Assembly: GCA_017409905.1 (NCBI GenBank)
Contig: JAFQRV010000034.1
Coordinates: 8,277 to 72,276, forward strand
Source: Bacilli bacterium
GTDB taxonomy: Bacteria; Bacillota_I; Bacilli_A; ML615J-28; CAG-313
Direction of reading: 5' to 3'
Length of the DNA stretch: 64,000 bases
Shown: one piece after another, positions 11,201-20,311 of the stretch
How positions within the stretch are numbered: the first letter of the stretch is position 1
Layout: the number at the start of each line of letters is the position of its first letter
Notes under the pieces: model-generated
Seen by the model: the letters and a program-made list of their open reading frames with translations, nothing else
What the model was told of the DNA's origin: nothing
Databases searched by the model: none
Program-made: the position numbers and the translations under genes

Positions 11201-14200
11201 AGATTTTAGTAAATTGATCTTCTTCAAGTTTTAATTCTACACAATTACCAAATGCTTCTCTACCAATTGCTTGAGTCTTTTTGAAATCAAATGTTTTTAA
11301 TGATTCATTACCATAGAAAGCAAATTCGCGAATAAATTTGATTGATTCGGGAATTGTTACACTTTCTAATGCTTTACAATTATAGAAGGCATATTTTTGA
11401 ATTTCTTCAACACCATCTGGAATAACAACTGAAGTAACAGATGTATTCATTAATGGGATTTTATTAGCATCATAATCTTCTTCAGTAAGAATTACTGAAT
11501 TATCTGTATCATATAAACAGAAAGCATAAGCACCAATATATAAAATACCTTCATCATCAGGAATTACAACAGGACCACCTAATCCTTTATATGCAATTAA
11601 TGTTCTGTTTTCAATAACAAATTCACTCTTAATTGTAATATTTAGAGTTGCGATTAAGTTAGAACCTTTAACACGAAGCTCAATAATTGTACTACCTTCT
11701 TTAAGGCCTTTAACAATACCATCTTGATCTACTTCAGCAATACTTGGATTTCTACTTACATATGTTAATTCATAATTATCTGCCGCATACCAAGGATCTA
11801 AATCATAACTTAATTGAATACTTTCACCAGGATACATTGCAACTCCACTAGGTAGGCTTGATAAATATTTTCTATCTCCGGTTGCACCAATTTCACTTGT
11901 TTGAGCAGCCCTTGAATAAGCAAATAATGTATCAAAATATGAGAATCTTATTTCTTCAATTTTAGTTTTATTAACATCTTCACTAACTGTTTCATCTTTA
12001 TTAACTCTATTATTTGTAGTTCTTGATTTAACATTTATAATTACTACTGCTTGTTTGCCATAAAGATTTTCTCTTGCTGTAATTGTTGCTTTACCAGCTT
12101 TTATACCTTTCACAATTCCATCTTTTACTTGAACAACTTCTTCATTTGAAGAAATCCATTCTAAGTATTTTAAGTAATCTTTATCAGCATCAACATTTTC
12201 ATCTTTTGTTGCTAAATATTTTGTTAAATCAACTGCTTCATTTTCATACATTGGAAGAATGATTAAATCAGTTCCATCCATTGTACCATCCTTTGTAAAT
12301 TTAAAATCACCATCAGTACCAGGCAATTGACAAATATAAATGTCTGAGTTTAAAGCATAGTCATCGATTGCAAAAGCTAATGCATTTGTTACAATTGAAT
12401 CACTATATATATCTTCTAAATAATCAGTTATTTCAAATTTAACTTTTGAAGTTTGTCCTTTTTCACTATAAATAGGAATTGGATTTTTTGTTAAGAAAGT
12501 ATAACTTGAACTAGATGTAAAAATAATTGGTGTAATAGATTGAGCATAATGATTATCATAAATACTTAATGTAATATAATAACGATCTTTCTTTAATGAT
12601 TTATCATATTCCTTAGAATATTCAACTTCATTCAAGATAGGAGCTTCATCATCTAAATAAAAATCAAAACTAAATGTATTTCGAATGTTTGATTTAACAC
12701 CACCATCTTTATAATCTAATAAACCAGTCATCCTAAATTCATATTGTCTATTATTAACAAGTTTTAATTCTGCAGATTTTAAATTTAAGAAATCATAATA
12801 AGGTAATGCTTGTCCAGCATAATAAGATTTTTGTGCATTATAATCTGTATGTTCGTATACTACTTCACCTGTTTGTTTATCAACAATTGTGAATTCCATT
12901 GTCTTACAATTTCTTAGTAATCCAGCATATACTGCTGATAATCCATCAATTGTACCTAAATAATTAGATAATGCAATATGTTCTTTAGAAGCAGGAATTG
13001 AATCAAATTTATTAGTGTCAATATCATATAGATATGTTCCAAGTGGAATAATATAGTTATAATAATAAGATCCATATGGAGTAGTCGCATAATAATCAGC
13101 TTTTAATTTATCTTCTTCATCAATCGATAAATCGTGAGCTTCTGATTCTACTTCATAATAAGTTTTATCGAAAATTGGAGCCTGTGTCCAATCACCATAG
13201 AAAGCTAAGAATGGGATATTTAAATCAATTGCTTTTTCATTTTCAGCTAATGTATTAATATCTTTTAATTCAACAAAACCTTCTACATACATTCCATAAG
13301 GGAATGAGTTTTCAATATATTCTTTATTTTCTTTTGTTAAAGTATAAACTACTTTAATCTTACAAGTTTCATTTGCATTAACAGTTACAACTTTACCATT
13401 TAATGTTCCACCACTTATTACTTCTGCTGTGAAAGCATCTGTTAATAATAGTGATTTTTCCGCAACGTGTTCTTCATCAGATGTAGAAACACTTTCAGTC
13501 ATACCAATAACACCTAAGTTATATTTTAATGCTGTATTAGTTAAGTTAACAACATTAAATTCCATTGTGTAAACACCAGTTTTTTCTGGATCATCTAATA
13601 ATTCTAATTTAGGTCTATCAATACCATCTACTGTTAAATAAGCTTTAGTATTTACCGCATTATATAAACTTGCAAGTCCAGCACCTTGTTTTCTAACAGC
13701 ATATGGATTACCTTGTTCATTTAAGATAATTTCTGATGTAGACATTAGTAATTGATTTGCAAGATTAGATATTTCTTTATCTTTTAAATTTTGATCTTTA
13801 AATTGTTCTTTTAAATATTGTCTTATTAAAACAACAATACCACATAAGTTTGGTGTAGCCATTGATGTACCACTAAGTTCATCATAACCTCCACCAGGGA
13901 CTGATGATTTAATATTTCCACCATGTGCTGTGATTTCTGGTTTAATTCCAAGGGATGGAGTTGGACCCCAACTTGAGAAATCTGACATAAATGGACCAGC
14001 TTGATTTTGGTAACTTAATGTAAGAGTACCACTTTTCTTTTTAGCAAGTTCAGTACCTAATTCTTTTGAAATAGATATTGTTGGGATATGATCACTCTTA
14101 CCCATTGACATTAAGATATTACCTTCAATATTATTGTAAATAATACATGCTACAGCACCAGCTGCTTTAGCATTTTTTGCTTTTTCTTCAAATGTATTAT

Positions 14201-15713
14201 CACCACGTCTAATTAATGCAACTTTACCAGTTAAGTCTCCTAAAGCTGTAAAGTTAACACCTAAACCAACACCAGGTACTGTTACATATTCTAGTGTTAG
14301 TGTTTCACTTTTATCTTTTCCAAGTGATTTATATAGTTCTTCATAGAAATCATTTGGAAGACCATTCATTGCATTTGATTCTGTAAAGAATACAACTCTT
14401 TCATTGCTAGCAATCAAATATTTACTCTTTGTTCCACTAATAGATGCAACAGATAAAGCCGCATCATAAGTTGATGGTGAACCAACAGTTCCAGAATCTG
14501 GATTTGTTACAAAGTTTGTATCACCTTGTGCTCCACCAAATGATGAGCTATAACTATTACTTGCAGCACATAGTAAACTAATACCTGCATTACCAATTGC
14601 ATCATATACAGCATTTAATTGATCATTGTCTTCTTCTCTTGCGAAACCACAAGAAGAACCAAGTGACATATTAATTGCATCAACACCAATTTTAACAGAA
14701 TCTTCTAATGCTGCTAATATATCTTCAGTTTTTCCACCTTCATCTAAATCAGGAAAAACTTTCATTAATACTAATTGTGTATCAACCGCAATACCTGTAA
14801 TTGTATCATCTTTACCACCAATGATACCCGCAACGTGTGTTCCGTGTTCAGAATCATATGGGAATACATCATAGTCTTTATCTGCATAGTCATATACAAA
14901 AGGAATTTTTTTACTGTAATAAACATCTGTAACTTTTAAAGGTTGACTACCTTTATAAAAGTCTTCAGATGCCGCATTAGTGCTTCCTAATATACTTTCA
15001 ATGTATTCAAATGTTAACATTTCAGTATCTATTTCTCTTTGGAATACAGAATGACTACAATCAAATCCAGAGTCAAGGATTGCGACTGCAGTACCTTTTC
15101 CAGTAAAATTAACACTATCAGATTTATATATACCAGTTTCATAAACATCTACTGGATTTTCAATAGCTGAAGCATCAGTTGAAGCTTTTGGAAGATTAAA
15201 TGTATCAGACAACATTGTTGATTTAACATTTGTTAATTCACTAATCTTTTTAAAGTTTCCATAAGTTGTACTAACTGCTACAGCATTAATAATTGTATTA
15301 TATCGATATTTAACTGAATCGATTAATTTATTTTCTAATAAATTAATAATTAATTTATCTTGTTCATTTTTTATTATTGATGCTTGAACTAATCCATCTT
15401 TACTCTTAGCATATTCTGCAACATTCTTTACAGAGCTTAAATATTGTTCATTATATATCTCAATTAAAGGCTTTGCATTAAGAGTAACCATTATGACTAA
15501 TTCATCATCATCTTTGTACCCATTATTTTCTAGTAAGTATTCAGCTTTAATTTTAGATAATGTTTGTTCTTGGGTAAGTTTAAAATCGGTTTTCAATATT
15601 TGTAAATTTTGTTTATTATCCGTATTTTCTATAACTTCTTTTTCACTAGAACAAGCAAAACATGTAACCAAGGCGACTAGAAAAACAATTAAGGTTATTA
15701 ATTTATTTTTCAT
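8196..15713 (-). CDS. Cell-surface S8 subtilisin-like serine protease (lactocepin/C5a-peptidase-like) with propeptide, PA, Fn3-like, Big_2 and BspA-type LRR domains and a C-terminal TM anchor
   Basis: Catalytic motifs VAILDSG, HGTHVAG and SGTSMATP; PA domain GKVALIRRG..F.EKA.NA..AGA; many IGxxAFxxCxxL repeats; N-terminal CFAC lipobox-like signal; C-terminal hydrophobic helix followed by KKKGGKK. Confidence 0.93.
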   Translation of the reverse strand: MKNKLITLIVFLVALVTCFACSSEKEVIENTDNKQNLQILKTDFKLTQEQTLSKIKAEYLLENNGYKDDDELVIMVTLNAKPLIEIYNEQYLSSVKNVAEYAKSKDGLVQASIIKNEQDKLIINLLENKLIDSVKYRYNTIINAVAVSTTYGNFKKISELTNVKSTMLSDTFNLPKASTDASAIENPVDVYETGIYKSDSVNFTGKGTAVAILDSGFDCSHSVFQREIDTEMLTFEYIESILGSTNAASEDFYKGSQPLKVTDVYYSKKIPFVYDYADKDYDVFPYDSEHGTHVAGIIGGKDDTITGIAVDTQLVLMKVFPDLDEGGKTEDILAALEDSVKIGVDAINMSLGSSCGFAREEDNDQLNAVYDAIGNAGISLLCAASNSYSSSFGGAQGDTNFVTNPDSGTVGSPSTYDAALSVASISGTKSKYLIASNERVVFFTESNAMNGLPNDFYEELYKSLGKDKSETLTLEYVTVPGVGLGVNFTALGDLTGKVALIRRGDNTFEEKAKNAKAAGAVACIIYNNIEGNILMSMGKSDHIPTISISKELGTELAKKKSGTLTLSYQNQAGPFMSDFSSWGPTPSLGIKPEITAHGGNIKSSVPGGGYDELSGTSMATPNLCGIVVLIRQYLKEQFKDQNLKDKEISNLANQLLMSTSEIILNEQGNPYAVRKQGAGLASLYNAVNTKAYLTVDGIDRPKLELLDDPEKTGVYTMEFNVVNLTNTALKYNLGVIGMTESVSTSDEEHVAEKSLLLTDAFTAEVISGGTLNGKVVTVNANETCKIKVVYTLTKENKEYIENSFPYGMYVEGFVELKDINTLAENEKAIDLNIPFLAFYGDWTQAPIFDKTYYEVESEAHDLSIDEEDKLKADYYATTPYGSYYYNYIIPLGTYLYDIDTNKFDSIPASKEHIALSNYLGTIDGLSAVYAGLLRNCKTMEFTIVDKQTGEVVYEHTDYNAQKSYYAGQALPYYDFLNLKSAELKLVNNRQYEFRMTGLLDYKDGGVKSNIRNTFSFDFYLDDEAPILNEVEYSKEYDKSLKKDRYYITLSIYDNHYAQSITPIIFTSSSSYTFLTKNPIPIYSEKGQTSKVKFEITDYLEDIYSDSIVTNALAFAIDDYALNSDIYICQLPGTDGDFKFTKDGTMDGTDLIILPMYENEAVDLTKYLATKDENVDADKDYLKYLEWISSNEEVVQVKDGIVKGIKAGKATITARENLYGKQAVVIINVKSRTTNNRVNKDETVSEDVNKTKIEEIRFSYFDTLFAYSRAAQTSEIGATGDRKYLSSLPSGVAMYPGESIQLSYDLDPWYAADNYELTYVSRNPSIAEVDQDGIVKGLKEGSTIIELRVKGSNLIATLNITIKSEFVIENRTLIAYKGLGGPVVIPDDEGILYIGAYAFCLYDTDNSVILTEEDYDANKIPLMNTSVTSVVIPDGVEEIQKYAFYNCKALESVTIPESIKFIREFAFYGNESLKTFDFKKTQAIGREAFGNCVELKLEEDQFTKIYSMGARAFAGCTSLEYADLTALRNAGKEVFKDCTALETVVFGRHTKLSYAMFVNSGIKEANLYETIEIPEFCFAQCASLTKVVLNNSLIEIKNGAFSECTSLTEFTFKGSVDTIGEQVFYATNKLEKITLPNSKVKLGAYAFHECSELEEVHFQENTYLEDVLGTLFDGTNLTKFVVDTNNSYYSTNSEGNLLLNKDQTKIILAASAIDYNDLVIDSTIAEIGNSAFAGSNVKTVTISNINTVIGDYAFANCEELTKVILPVNNNITIKARSFYNDKNLLEVENLQFVKNVGSYAFASSGIKTANIADNAVYSEGVFYQAALENVTIGENAQFGFACFQECRSLVKVNMPENGGVHIGEQCFLNCVQLKTIDLSKTDDTIEKYAFYNCQELLNAHLTNVKNIGDYAFSDCVKLLYVTVPVVENIGAGAFSRTSTYAGGGAIFTELLLPNTLKTIGDGAFLGCEKLVEIEIPSSVTSIGNYVFSYCISLEEVILPDTIDTIGEYTFAGCSMLNKINLENIKTFEMYSFISCASLENVDLSSVELVKEGAFADTEIKGDLNTPNLKEVEKYGFQGAALSSIEAPNLEKIGYYAFQYNEHLVNFVFSNKLSSVGSAAFNGCTSLESFAYFTNEGTQSNGSINDYALIEKGNLYTYMENGKLQLTAVPQASNVTTLEVLEGTARIDFYAGNENKNVTKIVLPDSLEIIGNYAFYGYDSLKTVEFKSFTAPKLEDSYNDKAILEEGDPGYDIIHNQYELFGLELCYFNFIDLVGKKESIEMVLPINTNLVGYDSLVYYIYFGSVEDAGHNNYLAKEENLIKFYEYAREIAGLENIVIANEELVDNAIKCYKAIKQDPTLFGYDINEYYQLIETVESAKHEIREIKIRNAKKAVREVNELLNALPSEYSDEIIDELLNINKKLSNLTLDEKALLDLNNYEDLYKAYEKAHKVEEEIPNTGDDTTEPKKIPWILIISISAGVLVAAGASVLVVILLKKKGGKKDEEIN

Positions 15714-15728
15714 TTTTTCTCCTTTCCA

Positions 15729-15950
15729 TTAGCTGAGCCATATATATATTAATATCATTGCTAGACCAAAACAAAGTATTACTCCAAAAACAATTGGAAG
15801 AAATCTTTGAAAGGCTGCTATTATCATTGCTCTTCTTTCTTTTCTTGTAAGACCAACTGATGGTCTTTTTTCTCTTCTGTTTGGAAGACCCTCTACGTCC
15901 ATATTGAAGATAGTATGACCATCATCAATATATTTTTCTTTTTTACTCAT
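15729..15950 (-). CDS. Small single-pass membrane protein between oppF and the protease
   Basis: 73 aa; overlaps the oppF stop; DDGHTIFNMDVEG motif followed by a C-terminal TM helix. Confidence 0.75.
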   Translation of the reverse strand: MSKKEKYIDDGHTIFNMDVEGLPNRREKRPSVGLTRKERRAMIIAAFQRFLPIVFGVILCFGLAMILIYIWLS

Positions 15951-17016
15951 TATTTTCTTCTTCTTTTTCTTGTGCTAACATTTCTTCATATTGTCGATCA
16001 TATTCTTCTAAGTTATTCATAACTTCTTCATTGAATAAGTGACAATTAACAAAATGATTAGGTTTAACTTCTAAATACTCTGGTTCTTTAAATTTACATA
16101 CATTCATGCATTCTTTGCATCTTGTATGGAATTTACAACCAAGTGGAGGATTCGCAGGTGAAGGGATATCTCCACTAAGTATTATTCTATTCATTTTAAA
16201 ATCAGGATCAGGCACAGGAACAGCAGAGAAAAGTGCCTTAGTATATGGATGTAATGGATTGTCAAATATTTCATCTGTATCTCCATACTCCATGACATTT
16301 CCTAAATACATAACCATAATTTGATCTGTAATATATTTAACTACTGATAAATCATGTGAAATAAACATATATGTTAGGTTATTTTTAATTTGTAATTCTT
16401 TTAATAAGTTAATAATTTGTGCTTGTATCGATACGTCTAGTGCAGAAACAGGTTCATCACAAATAACAAGTTCTGGTTTTACCGCAAGTGCTCTTGCGAT
16501 ACAAATTCTTTGTCTTTGTCCACCACTAAATTCATGTGGATAACGATCAAAATAAGATTGTTGTAAACCACATTTATCCATTATATCTAATACATATTCT
16601 AATACTTCTTCTTTAGGAACAATATTATGTACTTTAACTGCTTCAGATATAATATTACCAATAGTCATTCTAGGTGGTAAACTAGAATATGGATCTTGGA
16701 ATATTAATTGCATCTGTGTACGATATTTTCTCATTTGACTACTAGAGATGTTTGTTATATCGTTACCTTTAAATAATATTTGTCCACCATCATTGTCATA
16801 AAGCTTTAAAATAGTTCTACCAAGTGTAGTTTTACCACAACCAGATTCACCAACAATTCCAATTGTTTTTCCTCTTTCTAAAGTAAAACTAACATTATCT
16901 ACAGCTCTTAAAAATTTAATTGGTTTCCCAAAGAATGATCTTTCAATTGGAAAATATTTTTTTAAATTCTTAACTTCTAAAATAATATCTTTTTCGAAAG
17001 TAGTTTCATTTGCCAT
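15943..17016 (-). CDS. oppF: Oligopeptide ABC transporter ATPase
   Basis: GESGCGKT, FSGGQRQRI, DEPVSALD, C-terminal GCKFHTRC oligo_HPY domain. Confidence 0.93.
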   Translation of the reverse strand: MANETTFEKDIILEVKNLKKYFPIERSFFGKPIKFLRAVDNVSFTLERGKTIGIVGESGCGKTTLGRTILKLYDNDGGQILFKGNDITNISSSQMRKYRTQMQLIFQDPYSSLPPRMTIGNIISEAVKVHNIVPKEEVLEYVLDIMDKCGLQQSYFDRYPHEFSGGQRQRICIARALAVKPELVICDEPVSALDVSIQAQIINLLKELQIKNNLTYMFISHDLSVVKYITDQIMVMYLGNVMEYGDTDEIFDNPLHPYTKALFSAVPVPDPDFKMNRIILSGDIPSPANPPLGCKFHTRCKECMNVCKFKEPEYLEVKPNHFVNCHLFNEEVMNNLEEYDRQYEEMLAQEKEEENNE

Positions 17017-17019
17017 AAA

Positions 17020-18192
17020 CTATTCCTCACTTTCTTCATATAAGTAACAAGATACATAGTGTGTATCACTTACTTTAATTTCTTTTGGATATTCTCCATT
17101 ACATTTATTAATACATTTAGTACAACGACCTTTGAAATAACAATTATTAGGTAAGTTAATAGGACTTGGAACTTGACCTGGAATTGAATATAAAGGTTCG
17201 TTAGAATTAGATGTGATTAATGGTTTACTCTTTTGTAAGCCAATTGTATATGGATGCATTGGATTATGGAAGATTTCTTTTGCTGTACCTTTTTCAATTA
17301 CTTTACCAGCATACATTACTACTACATAATCAGCCATTTCTGCAATAACTCCTAAATCATGAGTTATTAACATAATTGAGCATCCTTCTTTCTTTTGTAA
17401 ATCTTTAAGTAATTCTAAGATTTGAGCTTGAATTGTAACGTCTAAAGCAGTTGTTGGTTCATCCGCAATAATTAATTTTGGATTACCTGCAAGTGCCATC
17501 GCAATCATAACTCTTTGTCTCATACCACCAGATAATTCATGAGGATAAGAACTATATACTCTTTCAGGCATTGAAATACCAACTTTATTTAACATTTCAA
17601 TACTGTGTTTCTTAGCTTCTTCTTTTTGAATTTCGGGATTATGAATAAATGATACTTCATCTAATTGATATCCAATTGTGAAAACTGGATTTAAGCTAGT
17701 CATTGGTTCTTGGAAAATCATAGTAATATCTTTTCCACGAATATTATACATATGTTGAGTAGGCATTTTAGTTATATCATAAGCTAATTTATTGCCTTTT
17801 TCATCAAGACTAACCTCATCTGTATTAAAACGAATTTGACCATCAATAATTTGTCCTTGAGGAGATTGTACTAATTGCATAATTGATAACGATGTAACTG
17901 ATTTACCACAACCTGATTCACCAACAACACCTACAATACTATTTTTTGGAATATCGAATGATACACCATTTACAGACATAACTGTTCCATTATCAGTAAA
18001 GAAACAAGTTTTTAAGTTATCAATTTCAATAATGTTATTAGGATTTTTCATTTTTACTGTATATTCAATTGGTTCAACATTTCTTCTTTTTAATGCCTCA
18101 TAATGTTTCATTTGTTGAATATTGTATTTAATTATTTGTCTGCTTTCTTTTAAAGAAATATAATTTGTCTTTTTAACTTTCATACTCTTCAC
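17020..18192 (-). CDS. oppD: Oligopeptide ABC transporter ATPase with ~50-aa N-terminal extension
   Basis: GESGCGKS, IFQEPMTSLNP, LSGGMRQR, DEPTTALD, HPYT. Confidence 0.93.
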   Translation of the reverse strand: MKSMKVKKTNYISLKESRQIIKYNIQQMKHYEALKRRNVEPIEYTVKMKNPNNIIEIDNLKTCFFTDNGTVMSVNGVSFDIPKNSIVGVVGESGCGKSVTSLSIMQLVQSPQGQIIDGQIRFNTDEVSLDEKGNKLAYDITKMPTQHMYNIRGKDITMIFQEPMTSLNPVFTIGYQLDEVSFIHNPEIQKEEAKKHSIEMLNKVGISMPERVYSSYPHELSGGMRQRVMIAMALAGNPKLIIADEPTTALDVTIQAQILELLKDLQKKEGCSIMLITHDLGVIAEMADYVVVMYAGKVIEKGTAKEIFHNPMHPYTIGLQKSKPLITSNSNEPLYSIPGQVPSPINLPNNCYFKGRCTKCINKCNGEYPKEIKVSDTHYVSCYLYEESEE

Positions 18193-19236
18193 CTACTTCT
18201 TAGCCTTTGGATCCATGGCATCACGTAATCCATCACCAACAAAGTTAAATCCAAGTACAGCAATAACAATCATAAAGCCGGCTGGTAACCACATATTAGC
18301 ATGATAATTTAGTACTTGTGGATCATTCGCTGTAGCTATCATTGTTCCCCATGCAGCTTTAGGTAATTGAACACCTAAACCTAAGTAACTTAATGTAGAT
18401 TCGTATAAAATAACACTACCTAAACCAAGTGTCATTGATACAATTAATTGAGGCATAACATTTGGAATTAAATGTTTAAAGATTTTACGCCAAACTGGAA
18501 GTCCCATTACTTCGGTTGCGATAATAAATTCTTGTTCTCTTAAAGAAAGAATTTGACCACGAACCATTCTAGCAACTCCACTCCAGCTAAATATTGTAAT
18601 AATAACCATTAAAATATATATACGTTGGTCTGCATCAAGATTCCATGAATCAATTAATGCGGAAGCTATTAATAAGATTGGAAGTGTTGGAATACAGTTA
18701 AAAATATCAACTATACGCATAATTAATTGGTCTACCCAACCACCAAAGTAACCAGATATTCCACCTAATGCTACACCAATTAATGTTTCTAAAATGACAA
18801 CAATAAAACCAATAAGTAATGATATTCTTCCACCATACATTAATCTTACAAATACGTCCATACCATTATCATCAGTTCCAAGTAAGTGTTCACTACTAGG
18901 ATTAGCATATGAATTAATAGTAGCTGTATGTTCTAAGATTTGTGTAACTTTAACTTCTTTTCCATTTTCATCAATATAAGTATAAGTCGATGTAATTTGT
19001 TGAATTACTTCTCTTCTATCAACTGTTTCTTCTCCCCATTTTTGATAAATCACAGGACCTAAAAATGAGAATAAGAATAATAATACTAACATAATTAAGC
19101 CAACTAAAGATAATTTAGATCTAAAGAATCTTCTTAAAATTAATCTAATTGGACTCATTTCTTTAAATGTTTCTTTTGTTTCAATTGTTGTTTCTTCTAC
19201 TTCAACAACTTCAGTAGGTATTTTATTTTCACTCAT
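18193..19236 (-). CDS. oppC: Oligopeptide ABC transporter permease
   Basis: HLLGTDDNGMD, GGRISL, ESTLSYLGLG, GDGLRDAMDP. Confidence 0.93.
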   Translation of the reverse strand: MSENKIPTEVVEVEETTIETKETFKEMSPIRLILRRFFRSKLSLVGLIMLVLLFLFSFLGPVIYQKWGEETVDRREVIQQITSTYTYIDENGKEVKVTQILEHTATINSYANPSSEHLLGTDDNGMDVFVRLMYGGRISLLIGFIVVILETLIGVALGGISGYFGGWVDQLIMRIVDIFNCIPTLPILLIASALIDSWNLDADQRIYILMVIITIFSWSGVARMVRGQILSLREQEFIIATEVMGLPVWRKIFKHLIPNVMPQLIVSMTLGLGSVILYESTLSYLGLGVQLPKAAWGTMIATANDPQVLNYHANMWLPAGFMIVIAVLGFNFVGDGLRDAMDPKAKK

Positions 19237-19245
19237 CTAAATCAC

Positions 19246-20253
19246 CTACTTTCCAAGTTTGACTCTAGGGTCAACAACTGAATACATAATATCGGAGAAT
19301 AATGTTCCAATAATTGTTAGGATTGCTAAGAACATATTATATCCCATTACAAATGGAATATCTCCTTCTCTTAATGCTTGATAAGCTAAACGACCAATAC
19401 CATCAATACCAAATACTTGTTCAGTAATCATCATACCACCAAATAATGATGGTAAAATACCTGCAAGTAAAGTAACTAATGGAATCATAGTATTTCTAAA
19501 AGCATGTTTATAAATAACTGTTTTTTCAGATAAGCCTTTAGCTCTAGCTGTTCTAATATAATCAGCATTTAATACTTCTAATGTATTTGTTCTTGTATAT
19601 CTCATTAATCCACCAATTGATAAGATTACTGTTACTAATATAGGTAATATTAAGTGGTGAGCAATATCACCTAATCTTTGCATACTCCCCATAAATGTAT
19701 CCGGATAATTGGCGGTTGCGGATAGAAGACCATTAGATGGGAACCATCCTAAATTAACAGAGAATAATTTAATAACGATTGCGGCAAAGAAATATGTAGG
19801 AAGTGATATACCAATCATTGTAAATACTGTTACCGCATAGTCTCTAACTGAATATTGGTGAGTTGCACTACTAATACCAAGAGGTATTGCGATTAAGAAT
19901 TGGAGAATAGTTGCAATAACAGCTATCGCAAACGATATCCACATATTCTCACCTATTACTTGTGCAACTGGTTTTTCATACTTAAATGATAACCCTAAGT
20001 CACCTTTACAAAGGTTACCAATCCATTTTAAGTAACCTCCAACAATCCCCTTAAAACTTGTATCCCCTATTCCGTATAATTCTTTGAAATGGTCTATATC
20101 TTCTTGATTAATAGTACCACTTTGTAATTGACTGGCATATTTGTTATCGACGTAATCGGTGGGCATCATTCTAACCATAGTATAAATAATTATTGATACA
20201 CCTAGCAAGATTACTACAGAAATAGCCAATCGTTTAACAATATATTTAAACAT
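19246..20253 (-). CDS. oppB: Oligopeptide ABC transporter permease
   Basis: GDLGLS, DYIRTARAKGL, HAFRN, DIMYSVVDPRV. Confidence 0.93.
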   Translation of the reverse strand: MFKYIVKRLAISVVILLGVSIIIYTMVRMMPTDYVDNKYASQLQSGTINQEDIDHFKELYGIGDTSFKGIVGGYLKWIGNLCKGDLGLSFKYEKPVAQVIGENMWISFAIAVIATILQFLIAIPLGISSATHQYSVRDYAVTVFTMIGISLPTYFFAAIVIKLFSVNLGWFPSNGLLSATANYPDTFMGSMQRLGDIAHHLILPILVTVILSIGGLMRYTRTNTLEVLNADYIRTARAKGLSEKTVIYKHAFRNTMIPLVTLLAGILPSLFGGMMITEQVFGIDGIGRLAYQALREGDIPFVMGYNMFLAILTIIGTLFSDIMYSVVDPRVKLGK

Positions 20254-20311
20254 TTTCTATCTCCTTATGGTAGAAAATAAACCATAAGGAGTATAGTTTA
20301 TTTTCTATATT
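20254..20311 (-). promoter_or_regulatory. Structured oppA-oppB intergenic element with interleaved inverted repeats covering the oppB SD
   Basis: 11-bp perfect IR 20261-20271/20281-20291 includes the SD AAGGAG; 12-bp perfect IR 20271-20282/20296-20307. Confidence 0.65.
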
